From NCBI GenBank assembly GCA_016748015.1, contig JAAOMT010000571.1, forward strand, positions 1,305,095 through 1,369,094: DNA of 64,000 nt, read 5' to 3'. Positions 14,190 through 32,100 of the stretch are shown one piece after another. Numbering within the stretch: the stretch's first letter is position 1; each line of letters opens with the position of its first letter. The stretch is from Geosiphon pyriformis uo1. Lineage: Eukaryota > Fungi > Glomeromycota. A model generated the notes under the pieces. That model did no database searches and was not told the origin of the DNA. It saw nothing but the letters and a program-made list of their open reading frames with translations. The position numbers and the translations under genes were made by a program.

Positions 14190-14884
14190 TTTTTGTAAAA
14201 ATTTAACAATAACCCTTTTTCCCAAAGGTTTCTGAGCTTTTAAAGTTGATGTATGAAAGCTTTTTTTTAGAAAGTGTGGGTAATAAGAGGCCAAACTGTT
14301 TGAAAAACGTTAGCTTTTAGCTCCCAAAAATTTCAAGTTGGTTTTTTATAAAATTTGTTAAACTTCCGTTTGTTTACAGATATATAAGAGCTGTGGCGAA
14401 TCATCACTAGCAAAAAAAATATCTTGATTGCTGAGCTGTGGAAAAGGTATAGGTTTCAGATTGGTTAAACATCCTTCCACTTCAGAATGTAATAAATATG
14501 CAATCTCAGGTGATTGTGTTGCTATTCGATAATTGATTGGTTAATATCATATATATGGATTTAATCATTTGTCATTTAGAATTAATGGAGGGTATATCTT
14601 GAGTGTTACAATTAGAAAAAAGGCTGATAATTGTACAATCCCGAATTTCAGTGAAACTTGTCAAAAATTAATAAATGGTATAGTGATAGGATAAAATCAA
14701 ACTTTTATCAAGTTTCATCACTATAAAACCTATTGATGCAATCCCCTTTTTTCTTTTTTTGCCTATTTGATACAAAATTCTATCTTTCTCTCAACCAGCT
14801 TCCCAATTTTGCCCTAAGAAAGAAAGCTAAGGGTCAACCAATCATCTAAACTGTTGCCAACTCAATCAATCTCTATAACTCCAC
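14190..14884. promoter_or_regulatory. Shared divergent promoter region of TAF4 and DBP2
   Basis: 695 bp between head-to-head ATGs; GATTGGTTAA (reverse CCAAT) twice (~14459, ~14536), CCAAT ~14838, GAGCTGTGG twice (~14388, ~14433), TATATAA ~14381. Confidence 0.6.
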
Positions 14885-17823
<2,939 letters not shown>

Positions 17824-18729
17824 TTCAAAAGAAAATAATGAGAAGGATACTAATTATTTTCATCAAACTAAAATTTCATCTCGGGGAATTCTTGACTTGA
17901 AAGACTTTTGTGAAGTAACATCTCCCTCTCTCACTAACCTATTTCTAACATTTCCCCGTTTAAAAGCCTTGATTGCAGAAAATACAATTGACAGCTTCTG
18001 CTGTCAGAGAACAAAAGTTCAAATTTTTATTAAAAAACATAGAATTTATATAGTTGATTGAATAATGTAATGACATTAAGAAACAATGTTTAAGATAAAT
18101 CTAAATCAATGGTTCAATTGTTAATGTCGAATTTTTTTGGTTTAGTGGTAAAAATTTTATTAAGAATTGCACCAAATATGTTATGTGATGCAATAAATAC
18201 AAAGTAAAAAATTATTAATAAAAACATGTATAATTTTAAAATTACAATTAATGTGATAATAAAATAAATATAAGTTAATTAAAATAATATTATATAAAAA
18301 AATTCTATTAAATTTTATTTATTTATATTTTAATTATTAAAATTTATGTTTTATCTGTTATATTATTAAAAATAATTATTTTATTATTATTCTTATTTTA
18401 CATATTTAATACAAACAATTCAATAAATTAAATTATGCTTAAAAGTATAATTTAACTAAAAACTATTTAATACAATATTATTATATGTTAATTATAAATT
18501 ATACTAAAAACAATATATAATTAAACAATAAAAACAAATTTGTGTATTTATTTTGTTAATACAATAATTAAAAAATTTATATTTTTAATAAATTTATACA
18601 ATTATAAATAAATAATTTTTTTGCTATTTTAATATAAAAAATTAAACTATTATTAATTTATGATTAATATTTTTGTTATAAATAAAAATATTATAATAAT
18701 AATTATTATTTATATAATTATTTATATTG

Positions 18730-21310
18730 TTTTTATTAAATTTAATAAGTAAAACTTAAATATTATCTAGTGTATAAAAACAAATTAAGTATTTTTAATT
18801 AAATATAATTTATGTTTTTTTTTTTATTATGTTTTATGAGTGAGCCCCAAACACTACTTAGTATTATATATCATATAATTAATCTAAACTAGATATAAAT
18901 TATGCTTTTACTATACATAACCAGTTATTCAAACTGATCAGAATAATACTAAGTAACTATGTAAACTAAAGCCATATCACTAACATCTGAAAAAAATAAG
19001 CAAGACTTACAAAAACCAAAATAAACACCAAATGTCCCAACAATTCTAAGCAACTTGATAATACTAGCAAAAAAACCCAAAGAAAACCCAGAAACCAAAA
19101 CAGAAACTGAATCATTAAGTAAGATCAGTCTATTTCTTTCCATAAAGACATGATATTTAGCACAAACTGACCAAATATCATTTCTAAAAGCAAAACAAAG
19201 AGCACACAAAAATTCCACAATTCTTTGACTTACAACTTTAGGATCATGAAAGACAAAAATAGTCTCTTGGAACCAATTTCAAAAACAAAATCCTTACAAA
19301 AAGCCATATACACAGAGACATTAAAAGCACAAGATAACAAAAACTAAGAAACATAAAAAAAGGAGTAAAAAAGACTAGAAAACACCCCCCAATAAACTGT
19401 ATAGGCATCTAACAATTAATAACAAATAGAACTGTTAGCTTCATAAAAAAACACATGATCTGAAACCTCAACATTACCACAATACAAACATAACATACTA
19501 GGGTAGTGTCTGTCATATAAGTGTTTCTAAACAGCAATAGACAGCCAATAATGTAGAATCTTTATGAAATAAGTGCATATGCTGGCAGAAAGTTTGCTTG
19601 TGAAATCTGCAGCCATATGTAAATCAAGATACCACACCAATAAAGAATTGAGCCAGTCAATGTTTAAAAGCAAATTACTTGCCAGAACTTTAAAACCAAA
19701 ACCAATCTCTCAGTATGCACAATAAACAAATCTAAAAATATTACAAACAAAATGTCTAGAATTACCAAAAACAATACTACTACCAGCCATAATACAGTGT
19801 TCTCTTAAATGGAAGAAAAAATACCAATCAGAAAGAGAAGCAGTAACAGCAAAAGCATTAGCATGTTTATTTTCCAAAACACTTGAATGACCTTTTATCT
19901 TGTGCCATTTGACTCTCAAATTCTTGCTATAAATAATGTTCACAATGTGCTAATGTTCTTTCCAACACCAATTACAAAAATCTGGGCACACCAAACACAA
20001 TTTCAATTTGCATGCATCCAAAGCAGCTTGACTATCAAAAAATAAGCAAACTGAGCTAAAAAAGAGAATACACTCAAAGATCAACACAATAATTTATAAT
20101 TCCATCAAAGTAGAGAACATCAAGCCAGAAATTCCAACACTCAAACTTAAGGCAATGTTATCAAAATAGACTACAGTGCCAGCTTTCCTGTTAATGATGC
20201 CCAAGTTTTTCAAAGACTTATTTGTATAAACAGAATAATTTATGTTTTTGTTATATATAACCAGTTATTTAGATTAATTAAAATTATACTATATATTTAT
20301 ATGTGTTATAATATTGTTGTTTAAATTTAAAAAAAAACAATAATTACACAAAACCAAAATTTATTGCAAATACTTTAATAATAATTAATATATATACTAT
20401 ATTAACAAAAAACCTAACTAATAAATTATATAATATTTAAGACAATAACTTATTATTATTTAATATTTTTTTATTTATTAATAATTGTAAAAATTTGATA
20501 ATACTAAATTAAAATTTAAAACATATATATTAATAATTATTTAACTATCTAAATAAATTATAATTACATTAAATATTAGAATATATTTAAAACTAAAACA
20601 ATAATTTATAATTTATCCAATATTAACAATATTAAACCATAAACTTAACACTTATATTTAAATTCAAATTGACAAAAAAACTAATATATTATAAATAATA
20701 ATAAATAAACTTAATTTTTTAATAAACTATTTATTTAAACATTTTTTAATTATAATAAAATTACTTAATTTATAAATATTTTAACAACAAAAACCATAAA
20801 CTTTTATGGTATTGATCATATAAAAATTATTATAAAAAAAAATTTATATTAATAATATTTTTGTTAATTCAGCCAAAAAATTATTAATTAAATTAATTTA
20901 TAACTTAATAAAAAACACATAAATTTAAAAATTAACAATTAAATAATAGCCAAATATATCTAAAATATTTAAAAATACTATTATTAATATAATTTTATTC
21001 TTAGTTTATACTTGCTTAAAAAATTTTAAGTTAGATAAAAAAAAAATATAAAGTTTTATTTAGAAAAATTTTTAATTTGAAGTTTTTTCAAATTATAATA
21101 TCTTATTTGTAATATATATTCTTAAAAATTAAATTAAATTAAATTGTAATTTATAATTAATAATAAACTATAAAATAATCAATATTAAATAAAAAAATTG
21201 TTTATTTAAAATTATTTTTTTAATATTATATTAATAAAAAACTTAATATTTAAATAAGTTTTGGCCAAATTAAGCTTAAATAAATCTTTTATTAATAAAA
21301 AAATTCTTAA
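18730..21310 (-). mobile_element. Extremely degraded LINE 3' portion (copy F), split by copy B
   Basis: 18730-18814 joined to 20245 onward reconstructs the family 3' UTR (ataaccagttatttagattaatt vs gtaactagccactcaggccaatct) and the ORF2 C-terminus (ttacacaaaaccaaaa). Right boundary uncertain. Confidence 0.6.
18815..20234 (-). mobile_element. 5'-truncated LINE (copy B): RNase H to poly(A), with TSD
   Basis: Poly(T) at 18815-18825, 3' UTR, RNase H/zinc-finger fragments (WHKIKGHS); TSD ataatttatg(ttttt) at 18805-18814 and 20235-20244. Confidence 0.9.
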
Positions 21311-21314
21311 AATT

Positions 21315-24300
21315 TTTATTTTTCTTTTTATTTTTTTAATATTTAACAAGTGAGGTCCAAATACTGCTTAGTACAATACATCAAATAATCAATCTAAACT
21401 AGGTATAAATCATGTATTTTCTATATATGACCAGCCACTTAGGCTGATCAAAACAATACTAAACACTTATATAAACAGAGTCAGAGTTTCTAATACCTAA
21501 AAGAAATAAACATGACTTGTGAAACCCAAAGACAACACCAAATGCCTCATTAATACCTAACAATCTAATTACACCAGCAGAAAATAACAAAGACAGTCCA
21601 AAAACCAATCTTAAAATTGAACTATTACATAGTATCAGCCTATTTTTCTCCATTAAAGTCTGGTGTTTAGCATGAACTAACCAAACCTCTTCCTTAAAAG
21701 CAAGACAGAAGATATGTACAAAGTCCACAATCTTCTGATTTGCAACTTTGGTATCTTTGAAAACAGATGTGGTCTCTCGAAGCCAATCCTTAAAGATAAA
21801 GCTTTTGCAAAGAGCTATATATACTACAATATTTGAGACACAAAAGAACAATAACTGAAACACACATAAAGAAAAAAGAAACAAACCAGAAAGTGCACAC
21901 CAAACAGCCACATAGGCATTCAACAAATGACAACAAACAGACTCATTGATCATGCAAGAAAAAGCATGATCTGAAATCTCAATATTATTATAATACAAAC
22001 ACAATACACTAGGGTAATACTTGTCATAAAAGCACTTTTGAACAGCAACTGGTAATTGATAATACAAAACTTTCATAAAGTACATTCAAGCACCAGCAGT
22101 AAGTCTACTAATAAAGCTGGCAGCTATGTGTGAATTGAAATGTCAAACTGAAGATAAACAGAGCCAATTAATATTCAAGTACAAACTACTATCTAAAGCC
22201 CCAGACCCAGAACCAATCTCCTAGTGTACATAATGAATGAACCAAAAGATCTCATGAACAAAATATCTAGAATTACCAAAAACAGCATTGTCATCAGCCA
22301 AAATATAATGTTCTTCCAAAATAGAAGGAAGACACCAAGGGGAAAAAAAAACAGTATCAACAAGTATATCAACACATTCATTACCTAAGACTCCCAAATA
22401 ACCTTTAACTTTGTACCAATTAACACTTAAATTTTTCTTCCTAATAATGTTCATTATGTGCTAATGCTCAACCCAACACTGATTCCAAAAATCTGGATGT
22501 ACCAAATCCAGTTCCAATTTGCATGCATTTAAGACAGCTTGACTGTCTGTAAAAAGATGAACTGAGCTAAGAGAGGGAACACATTCGAGGGCCAATGCAA
22601 TTGCAACTCTGCCAAAGTAGAAGACAACAGACCAGAAATCCTAACTCCTAAATCCAAATTCACATCCTCGAAAAAAACTGTTACACCAGCTCTTACATTA
22701 GTACTCCCCAAGTTTATCAGAGACCCATCCATATAAACAGAAAGGCCATCAACTACAACATCCAATAAACTACTACCAACATGTCTAAACTCACTAGATT
22801 CTAAAATGCTCAAAAGTCCAACACCACCCAAAGAAAAAAAACCAGCAGTAAAAAAAGCCATATTATTAAGGAAATCAACAGAAAGCTTAAACCAATTAGA
22901 AATAGGGCCATGCGAGTTCAGTCTTTTTCAGCATCTAAAAGTTTTCCAATTAAAGACTACACTCTTCTGAATATGAAGCTGCTCTACAAAAGCTATACCA
23001 TACTGTTAAAATGAAGGTAAAAACCTAAAGAACTCAGACTCATTAAGAACAAATGACATAAGTGTCCTATTCCAAAAATGAAAAAAACTGACTATTGGAT
23101 CACTCAAGGACAACTTGTATCCAAGAAAAATATGAATCACACCTGCCAAAAAATTATTAAACAGACTGACTCTTACATGAGCTAAAAAACTCAAAGGATA
23201 AAGTAGATGCCAACTTAGAGTCTGCAAGTCGAGAGATCTGTGTGAAAACAAATGACCCAATATCTCAACAGAGTTTGCAAAGCACATAATAAAAGCCATC
23301 TTGCTTTCAGCCTGTACTTGCTCAAAAGTTTTCAAACCATATAATGAAGAGTAATAAAGTGCATCATTGGGAAAGTCAAGAGACAAACCAGATTTCAATT
23401 TCAAGCCCTTACAAATTAGAGCATCTCATTTCTTACTTATCTCAATAGAAACAAAGCTAAACTGTATCCTGTAGCTAACAATAAAATGAAAAACAGCCAA
23501 CACTAAATATGAAAACTGTTTATCCAAAATGGTCTTCCTAAGTACAAGATTGGCAAAAAACCTGACATCTAAATGTGCTTTAGTTAAACTAGGTTTCAAC
23601 AAACCCTCAGTAAACAAAAAGATACTCAAATAACAATGAGATTTATCTTTTTTGGTGATAGAAATAGGTAGACCATTGATTAACAAAGAAGGGCATTTAA
23701 CTTTACAATTAATAGAAATGGTCACTGTCTTATCATTATTAATGAAAATGTTATTAATTCTGAAAAATTCACTAGCAATATTGAGAATATGTTATGTTGC
23801 AGTCTGACTGTTACCAACCCAGATCATATTATCGACAAAAGCACCAGCAGCAAGAAAAAATGTCAACTCAATCTGAAATTTAACATGACTAGTCTTGGTA
23901 ATAAAATGAAAATTTAACTTATATCCATATATACTTTCTTGTTTCTTGACTTCACATAAAAAAAGATCATAAAATATACACTAAAAAAAAGATGAGAACA
24001 CCTCTCTTTGATCCAAATCATCATGCATTCAATATCTATCTGTTAAACCAAAATTAGTCATGATTCTGTTAACATGACTATTGTGAATTCCACCAAAAAA
24101 TCTAATAAATCTGCTACACATTTTTATCCTGACCAAGCTCTTCCTAAAATGTTCTCATCTAACAGAATCATAGGCCTTCCACATATTCTGCAAGACCAGT
24201 CAAAGCTTATGGTTTTTTTTCAAAACATCTTCAATAACCAAACCAATGGCAAAAATAGGAGACTGTGTCATTGTATTTTTTAAAACTGAGAAATTGTCTT

Positions 24301-27300
24301 ATCGTAAAACATTAAAAGTGCTGCATGCTGTAGAAATCTTGTTCAAAAGAATCTTAGAGAGAATTTTGTGAGCAGTTTTAATTAAGACAATAGGTCAGGT
24401 ATTTGTAAGAACCTCTTCCTACTTATAAGGCTTGGAAATCATTAAAATCCAAGCTTCCTTCTAAGCACTAAGCATCTGCTCACAAGACAAACAAAAATTC
24501 AAAAACACCAAAAGCATGTTCAAAACCAACTTGTCATAATGCTTCCAGAGCTTATTTAAGACCCCAGAAAAACCAGCAGTTTTGCCATTAGATAAACCAA
24601 AAACCACACTAAGCAACTCATCAAAACTAACTGAACACATAACATTAAAAAAAACATCATCAAAAACATATTCTAAAGGTTGGTATTAGCAAAACCAATT
24701 ACTAGAGAAATCTGCCACCACTTTATGCTTTCTAGTCCAGCCTTCCATAATCATATCTACCTTAATCTTAACCAGTTCAGATTCCAGAATTAGTTCATCT
24801 TCAACAACCAAATGGTCTAAAACAACCTTTTTAAAAGAATGCTTTAGCACACTTTTAATTATATGACTTTTATCAACTGCAAAATTTTCTATTCTTTTAT
24901 CAATGGCCAACCTGATACTTAACTTCTTAGCTTGCAAAGACTTAGTAAGCTTGAAGGCACAATATGATTTCCTCACACTGAAAAGAGCCAAATGTACACA
25001 GTCAAAGTTTACACCTGAGTTTATAAGATTCTGAATAACCAAAGTCTTAATACTATCCAAAAAATTCCAGCACTCCATAAAGAACACAAATCTGTTAGAA
25101 CTCTCTTCATGAAAAGCCTTGACAATCCTTGAAACTAAAAGCTCCAGTTTATAAAACCTAAAAAAATCTCTGATGAAAACATCATTATAGTCTTTGAATC
25201 ATTTTTTTTTGAATATTTTGTTAGCTAAAAGAGTTATTATTCTGTGAACAACATTCCACATAGTACACAGATCTGAAAACTTCATAGTAACTGCAAATTT
25301 GTCAGAGAACATTGCTGTATTGACAGCTATGGTGCCTTTGAAATTGTTTTACTTCATATTATTAGCACTCTTAAAATCAAATTTTCATTAATCCCTATTA
25401 GCTTGTTTGCGAATAGAGTTCAACTGTATATTCAAAAGCCCACCTAAACTCACAAACATAAAAACTGTGCAGTGATTAGTGTCAAAATGTTCACTGATGT
25501 TCATAATATTGTGATTTATCACTGTATTAACCAAATTTAAAAAAATAAACATGTAATCAATTGTTTTTTCTACATCTTTTGAATTTTTCTATGTTGGATC
25601 TTTAGCAAATAAACATCCCAACAAAGAATTAACCAGTCCCAAATTAAAGCACTTCTTGAAACTTGCACATTTGTAAGAACTATCTTTATTAAAATCTCTA
25701 TCTAATACAACAAAAGAAGACTCATTTACAGCCTTAGCTATCAGAGAATTAATATTACCAGCCTAAAAAAAACAAACAGCCAGAGAAGCACCAGCATAAA
25801 GCCCCAGAATTAACACAGAAAGTTTATTCTTGAAAAGCAACTTGACAGAGATAAGCTGGCCAGACATCTCAAAAATCTTACATATATGATAAACCAGAAA
25901 AATGTTCATAATAATTGCCACCCTAGTATCAAAAAACTCTTTGTCCAACCCAGATGAAAAAACCTTAACCTTACTAAACTTATTCTTAATCTATGGCTTA
26001 CAGCTAGATCTCAACTTCATTTCTGTAACTATCAAAACCAAATTTCCAGAATCTTTATACCAATAAATAACATCCTTCTGCTTGGCAAAGACATTGATAC
26101 TGCAAACATTACACATAGCAATTTTCCATACCAAATCACTTATTAAGGAGTAAGAGAAGCTAACGAATCCAAACCAGAGCACAAGTAATCCAATTTTTCC
26201 AAAACTGATTCAACTGATACTTCCAAAGCCACTATCTTAGATTTTAATCCCATCTTAGTGGTCAAAATCTTAGAACTACTCAAGCTAAAGTCAGCAACTA
26301 TGTTCATAATGACCAAAAAAAAGGGGGTGGGAGATGTTAACATAACATCCAGAATCATATCCAAATTCAAATTAGAAGCCAAAAATGCTTGAATGACCAG
26401 AGAGAATACATAAAGCACATTCACCAGAGGCACCAATTTAACAAAGTTCAGTTTTTCTATGATAATAGAAACCTGATTTGACAAAAGCTTTAAAGAACGT
26501 TCCAAAGAAGCCAAATAATCAACAAAATAGGAGTTACTAAGAGAATTGAAGACCATTGAAGTGGGTTTTACATCTAAAGATAAACCAATACCAAAAGCAT
26601 TCGATGAAATCACACAAGGAAAAAAATCACCAGCAATCTGGGCCCAAGTCTTGTCACCAATATTACCAGTAGAATTTTAGCTATTAATTAGCATGAAATT
26701 ATTTTTATAATTTCTATTATTAATTAGCATACATTATTATTAATTCAATTATCACTTATTATTTAATCAAATTATCAAATATCATTACTCAATCAATAAT
26801 CCAATTTGTACTCTAGAAATTAAGATGATCAAATTACACAATACCCTGAACCTTTTAACATAGTCAAAATTCGCCGAAATTAATGAAAATTTGCCGAAAT
26901 AATCAATAGTTCAGTGAAATAACTTGTAAATTCGCCAAAATGTATCTTTAGTTTATCCAAATTGTAGCAAAGAGAAAAGTACAAGTTCAAAGACTAGTAT
27001 TACAACAAGTTATATAAAAAAAGAGCTTTTTTCTTCAAGGAAATGTATCTTCTCATAGTACTTTACCATAGTATCTTACTTTAGATATCTTAATTAAAAC
27101 AAATCACTTTTTACAAAATCAAATAAAAATTAAATATTTGAAAACCAAATTCTTAAAATTATTACACATGAAATTTTCTCAACACAACTAACGTTTTGAA
27201 ATTGATTAGCTACCAATTTCAATAAACTGTTAGTAACTCCAGGCCTGAATAGAAAACGTTTTCCTTGATAAAATCCTATTTTTTTTTACATTTTTTTTAT

Positions 27301-29175
27301 TTTTATTTTCTTTTCTTATTTCAATTGTTAAAGTAGCCTACAGACGAGATTCCTGTAGAAGAGTTGACTTTTATAGCAAAGTAACTATACATTTTTAGTG
27401 AGTTTTCAGACAAGCAATTTCTGGGAAAAAGTTGACATTTACTACAATATAACTACATAAAGTAACTGGCAAGAAATTGGCCATTCCACTTATAAGTCCA
27501 GCAGTTTAAATTATAGGAGATAATTTAAAGATAAATTCAGTTACTGGAGGTTCAACTACTTCTAGAAAACGTGAATTTGCAACCAACAGACATTTACAAC
27601 ATTCAAAAAAAGAGACCAAAAACCTCTAGTAATACCAAAAAAAACTGGATGAGCAATAGGTGCCTGCTTCTTTTTATAAATATTGGTCAAGCAAACATGA
27701 TCTTGAAAAGTTACTATCTGTTTACCACAAATTTTAGAATTTTCACCAACCAAACACACATCAGAAATATGACCAAATTGTTTACACTTGGTGCAACAGG
27801 CCAGAGAAAAACCAGCCCAACACAAATTCACACCCTTAAACACTGGAGTAGAACCAATAGTAGCCAATTTGGATGCTTTATCAGCAAAACACACTATTAC
27901 ATATCTATTACACACATATGAACTGAGATTACAGCCAATGAAACAAGTTTTCCCATCATATAATTTTAACAAACTAGAAAAATCATGAGCCATAGTTCCA
28001 ACTGGAAGAGTATAAAGCAAGATCCGATGTAGATTTTTTGACACTCACAATTGTTTATCTCCAACCACTTTTACTACATGAACAGAATTCTTTTCCATGA
28101 AAACAAACCACTTAGCTGTGACCAAATTAACTATTTCAAATAATTTATATTCTATTAAAATTTTTTGTCACAGACTAATCAGTTGTATTTTAATTGATAC
28201 AATCCTGCCAAACTTGAAAAAAACAAACTCTACAGCTGATTTAGAAAAATCAACTAAGATCTCCTTGACAATTACTTCCTGATTCGATTGGCTGTTTACT
28301 TTTCTGAGATTATTATTAACCAAAATTTTTCCACTGATTGCCATTTCTCTAGTTTTTTTCAAACTTATTTCAAATGTAAATAATAATCTAATGATTTCTG
28401 GAAATTTTGAGGGAGTAAAGGCCCTTCCAAAATCATCAACTCAATAAAAAATTTTTTTGACTGTAATTAATTTATCACTAATAGTTTTACCCAGCACAAC
28501 AAATAGCTCAATATCCAACATGAAAGATTTGACTGGTTTGAAATCACACCTATCCAGAATACATAATCTGATAGTTGGCAACTGATTGGATTTAACAACC
28601 ACATGAAAAGAAAATTCCAACACTTTATCATCATTACTCATATGTTCAAATACAGGTTGCTTTGGTGGATTGCCCAGCATATATGTCTAAGTGTAAGTTT
28701 TTCTTGGTGTAGCTTCATTCATATCATTATCTTTACTTGATTCTGCATAACTAGTTTTTTTAGCAATTGTATTTGTTATATCTTTGACATCTAAAAGACC
28801 ATTTACACTGCTATTAACACTTTCAACTTTACTTTCTCAAAACATCATGGGCTTGACATTAGCACTATTAATATCTCCCAAGCTTACAAAGCCAATAGAC
28901 AAGTCAACCACATTACTAGCTTTAGACTTCTTTGGCTTCTTAAATAATGAACTGTAAGAATACACACTATCTACACAAGCTTTCTTCTTACTGCTAAACC
29001 AATACCAAAACTACCAGCAGAAGAGCCTACTGAATCTATAGTAACAAAAAAAGATGTAGAAAAAGAAATAACTGCGAAAACTAAGAATAGGAGATAAAAA
29101 GAAAAGCTATTTCTATGACAAAAAATCTTTTGCTCTCGTTGTGGCCAAGAGATCAATGAGAGAAAAATTTTTTTC
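21315..29175 (-). mobile_element. Full-length degraded LINE (copy C) with a solo LTR inside ORF1
   Basis: ORF1 fragments 26143-29050 including knuckle CTKCKQFGHISDVC; ORF2 fragments 21459-26145 with APE, RT, RNase H; T-rich tail ~21315-21337. Confidence 0.9.
26661..27634. mobile_element. Solo LTR-like insertion (974 bp) with 4-bp TSD CCAA
   Basis: Termini TATTAC...GTAATA (decayed TGTTAC...GTAACA); CCAA at 26657-26660 and 27635-27638; removing the insert plus one TSD restores ORF1 frame HPVFFGDKTWAQ. Confidence 0.88.
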
Positions 29176-32100
29176 TATATATATAAATATTTTTACTATC
29201 TTTTAAAAAAAAGAGTATTGAATAAGTAATAAATTTTAACTAATTATTGGTTTTAATTCTTTATTTTTTAATGATTAAAGTTAATAAATTATTAATAAAC
29301 AAAAAAATATTCTTGACTTAATAATTAATAAAAATAATTATAGTTTTATTATTATTAATTAGGATATTATTAATATTAAAAACCTATTTACAATATTTAA
29401 AATATATTAAATAATAATATGATTGTTAATAACTTAAATAATATTATTAATAAAAACATTAATAGTTAAATAAAATATTAAATTAGCTTAATTTTTAATT
29501 TTTTATGTTTGACTACAAATTTAAAATTAATTTTGTAATTATATAAATATTTATGCTTCTTAATTTTGTATAAAAAAAAGGCATAAAAATTTTTTATAAT
29601 AAAGATAAAAAAACTTTATTCTAATTTAAATCATTATATATTTTATAATTACTAATTAAATTAAAATATAATTGATTTTATTATTATAAATATTATTAAA
29701 AAACCTAATAAATTTAATATATATTTTAATTTTTAATAAACTGTTTTTTAAATTATAAATTTTATATATATTTACAAAACTAATTACAATTTACAAATTT
29801 TTTTTAACATATTTTTTATTATTAAACTTATTGTAAAAACAGAAAAATGTTTTTATAAAAAACATCAAATTTGTTTTACATAATTGAAATACAATTTAAT
29901 AAAATCTAACAAAAAAATTTTTGTTGTTTTAATTAAAATAATTAAATAAATATTAATTAAAATTTAAATTTTAAAAATTATTAATATTTAAGTTTTTTTT
30001 ATTAAATAAAAACAGATTTTAATATTAAACATAAATTAAGTAAATCTAATAGCAGTTTTATAATATATTATTTTAATGTTTTTAAAATTTGTTTAAAATA
30101 CTAAATAGTTTAATAACTTTGTTATTTAGTAAATTTTTAATTATAGTTAACAATTTATTTTGTTTTATTTTTTATAATATTAATAAAAATATTATTATTT
30201 ATATAATTTAATAAAATATATTAATATTATTAAATATTTAAATATTTATTAAAAAACATTTGTTTTTTAATTTAATTTTTTATAATTAAGTTAACTTTTA
30301 ATTTAACTTTTTTAAATTTCAGAATTAATTTATTATTAATAATTAAATAATTTAAAACAACTTTTTAACACAGATGTTTTAACATATTTTTATTTATATA
30401 ATTTTTATTAATAATAAAATTTTTCATATGTTTTTTAATACTTGAATTTATTTTATTTAATTTAAATTTATAAAACTTTTATTATTTTAAAACATAATAG
30501 ATTTTTTTGGTCTTAAATAAAATAATAAAACCAAAAACTTTTTTTTTTTATAAATCCAAAATTTCTTAAAGAAAAAGTTTTTTTTGTTTTTTATTATTTT
30601 TCAATATTCAATGCAATTTTTCTTAGTTTTTATTTTTAACAATATAATTATTAGTGTTGTTAGCAGTTTTAATATAAAAGAAATAAAAAAAAATTCAGTA
30701 TAAATTTAGTTGTATTAAAGTTAATAATTTAAAAAAAAACATAAAAACAGTATATTAAAAAAGCTGGCTGTTGATAGTAGTAAATTTGTTTTTCAAGATT
30801 TAAATATAATTAATATTATTAAATTTAATAATATAAATATAAAACAAAAATACTTGGTTAAAAAAACCAATTTTAGAATTAATAGTAAAAATAAATTAAA
30901 AGCCAAAAACATCAAAATAATTTCTAAAGAACTAAAAACTATAGTAATTAAATAAACTTTAAAAAAGCTTTTTAACAAGATAAACTTTAATATTAATAAT
31001 AGTAATAATAATGTTTTGAATAATTCTATGTTGTTGTTTTTTTTTTAAAAAATTATCAATTAATATATTATTTTATAAATTTTTTATTTTAGATATTAAT
31101 CTTTTTGTAATAATTAAAAAATTATCTTAAAAAAAATTAAAAACTATTAAAAATCTATTTTTTAATGTGAATAATTATAAAAAAACTTTTATTTCTTTAA
31201 AATTTGATAAAATAATTTAAGTATCTTTTATTTTTAAAAAGATAATAATAATAATAATAATAAGCTTGACTAATAATTATAATATTGTAATAAATATTAA
31301 TCTTAGACACTTTGTAAATAATTAAACAAATTAAACAATAATAATTAAAAAAATTTCTGTAAAAATATTAATAAAAACTATATAAATTGTGCTAATTAAT
31401 TATAATAATAATAAGTTAATTAAAATAATACTAAGTTAATTAAAATACAATTAGTAATACTATAGTAAAAAGTAATTGTAAAACTAGATAATTAAAATTA
31501 AATCAATTTTTTAGTATTATAGTAGTCTATTTTTATTGAAAAAAATACAGTCTGTGTAATCAATGCTAATATTAATAAACAATTATAAAATATTAAAAAT
31601 ATATATAAGATTTTGTTTTATATTCTTCTAATAGACATAATTACTTATAATTTTTGAGATTTTATTGGTTTAATTAGTAAAAAAAACTTGTATAATTAAT
31701 AATAACTTTGTTAACTATTCTTGTATTAAGTATATTATTATGTATTTTGATTCAAAAAATAGTTAATTAAAGTTATAATTATAATTTCTATTATAAAAAG
31801 TGTTGTATTTTATTGATTTTATTTAATTTTAACAGTTTACTTAGATTATAATAAACATAATCACACTTTTTTTGATTATAATTTGGCAGAAAATAAATTA
31901 GTTATTAAGAAAAAAAAACTTTATTTTCAAATTTAAATTAGATTAGATTAACAAAAATTTATGTAAAAAAGTCAGCTTTTATTACTTATTTAGTAGTTTT
32001 TAGTAATAAATTTTGGGTGTTTGTTATTGGTAAGTCTTTTTTTTAAGTAGTTTTTGGTGTTTTTTTTTGGTTTAATGTTTTAAGTTAAATTGAATCTTTT

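Noticed and set aside
29200-30500. Additional LINE RT fragment
   Set aside because: Faint resemblance only; too eroded to fix orientation or boundaries.
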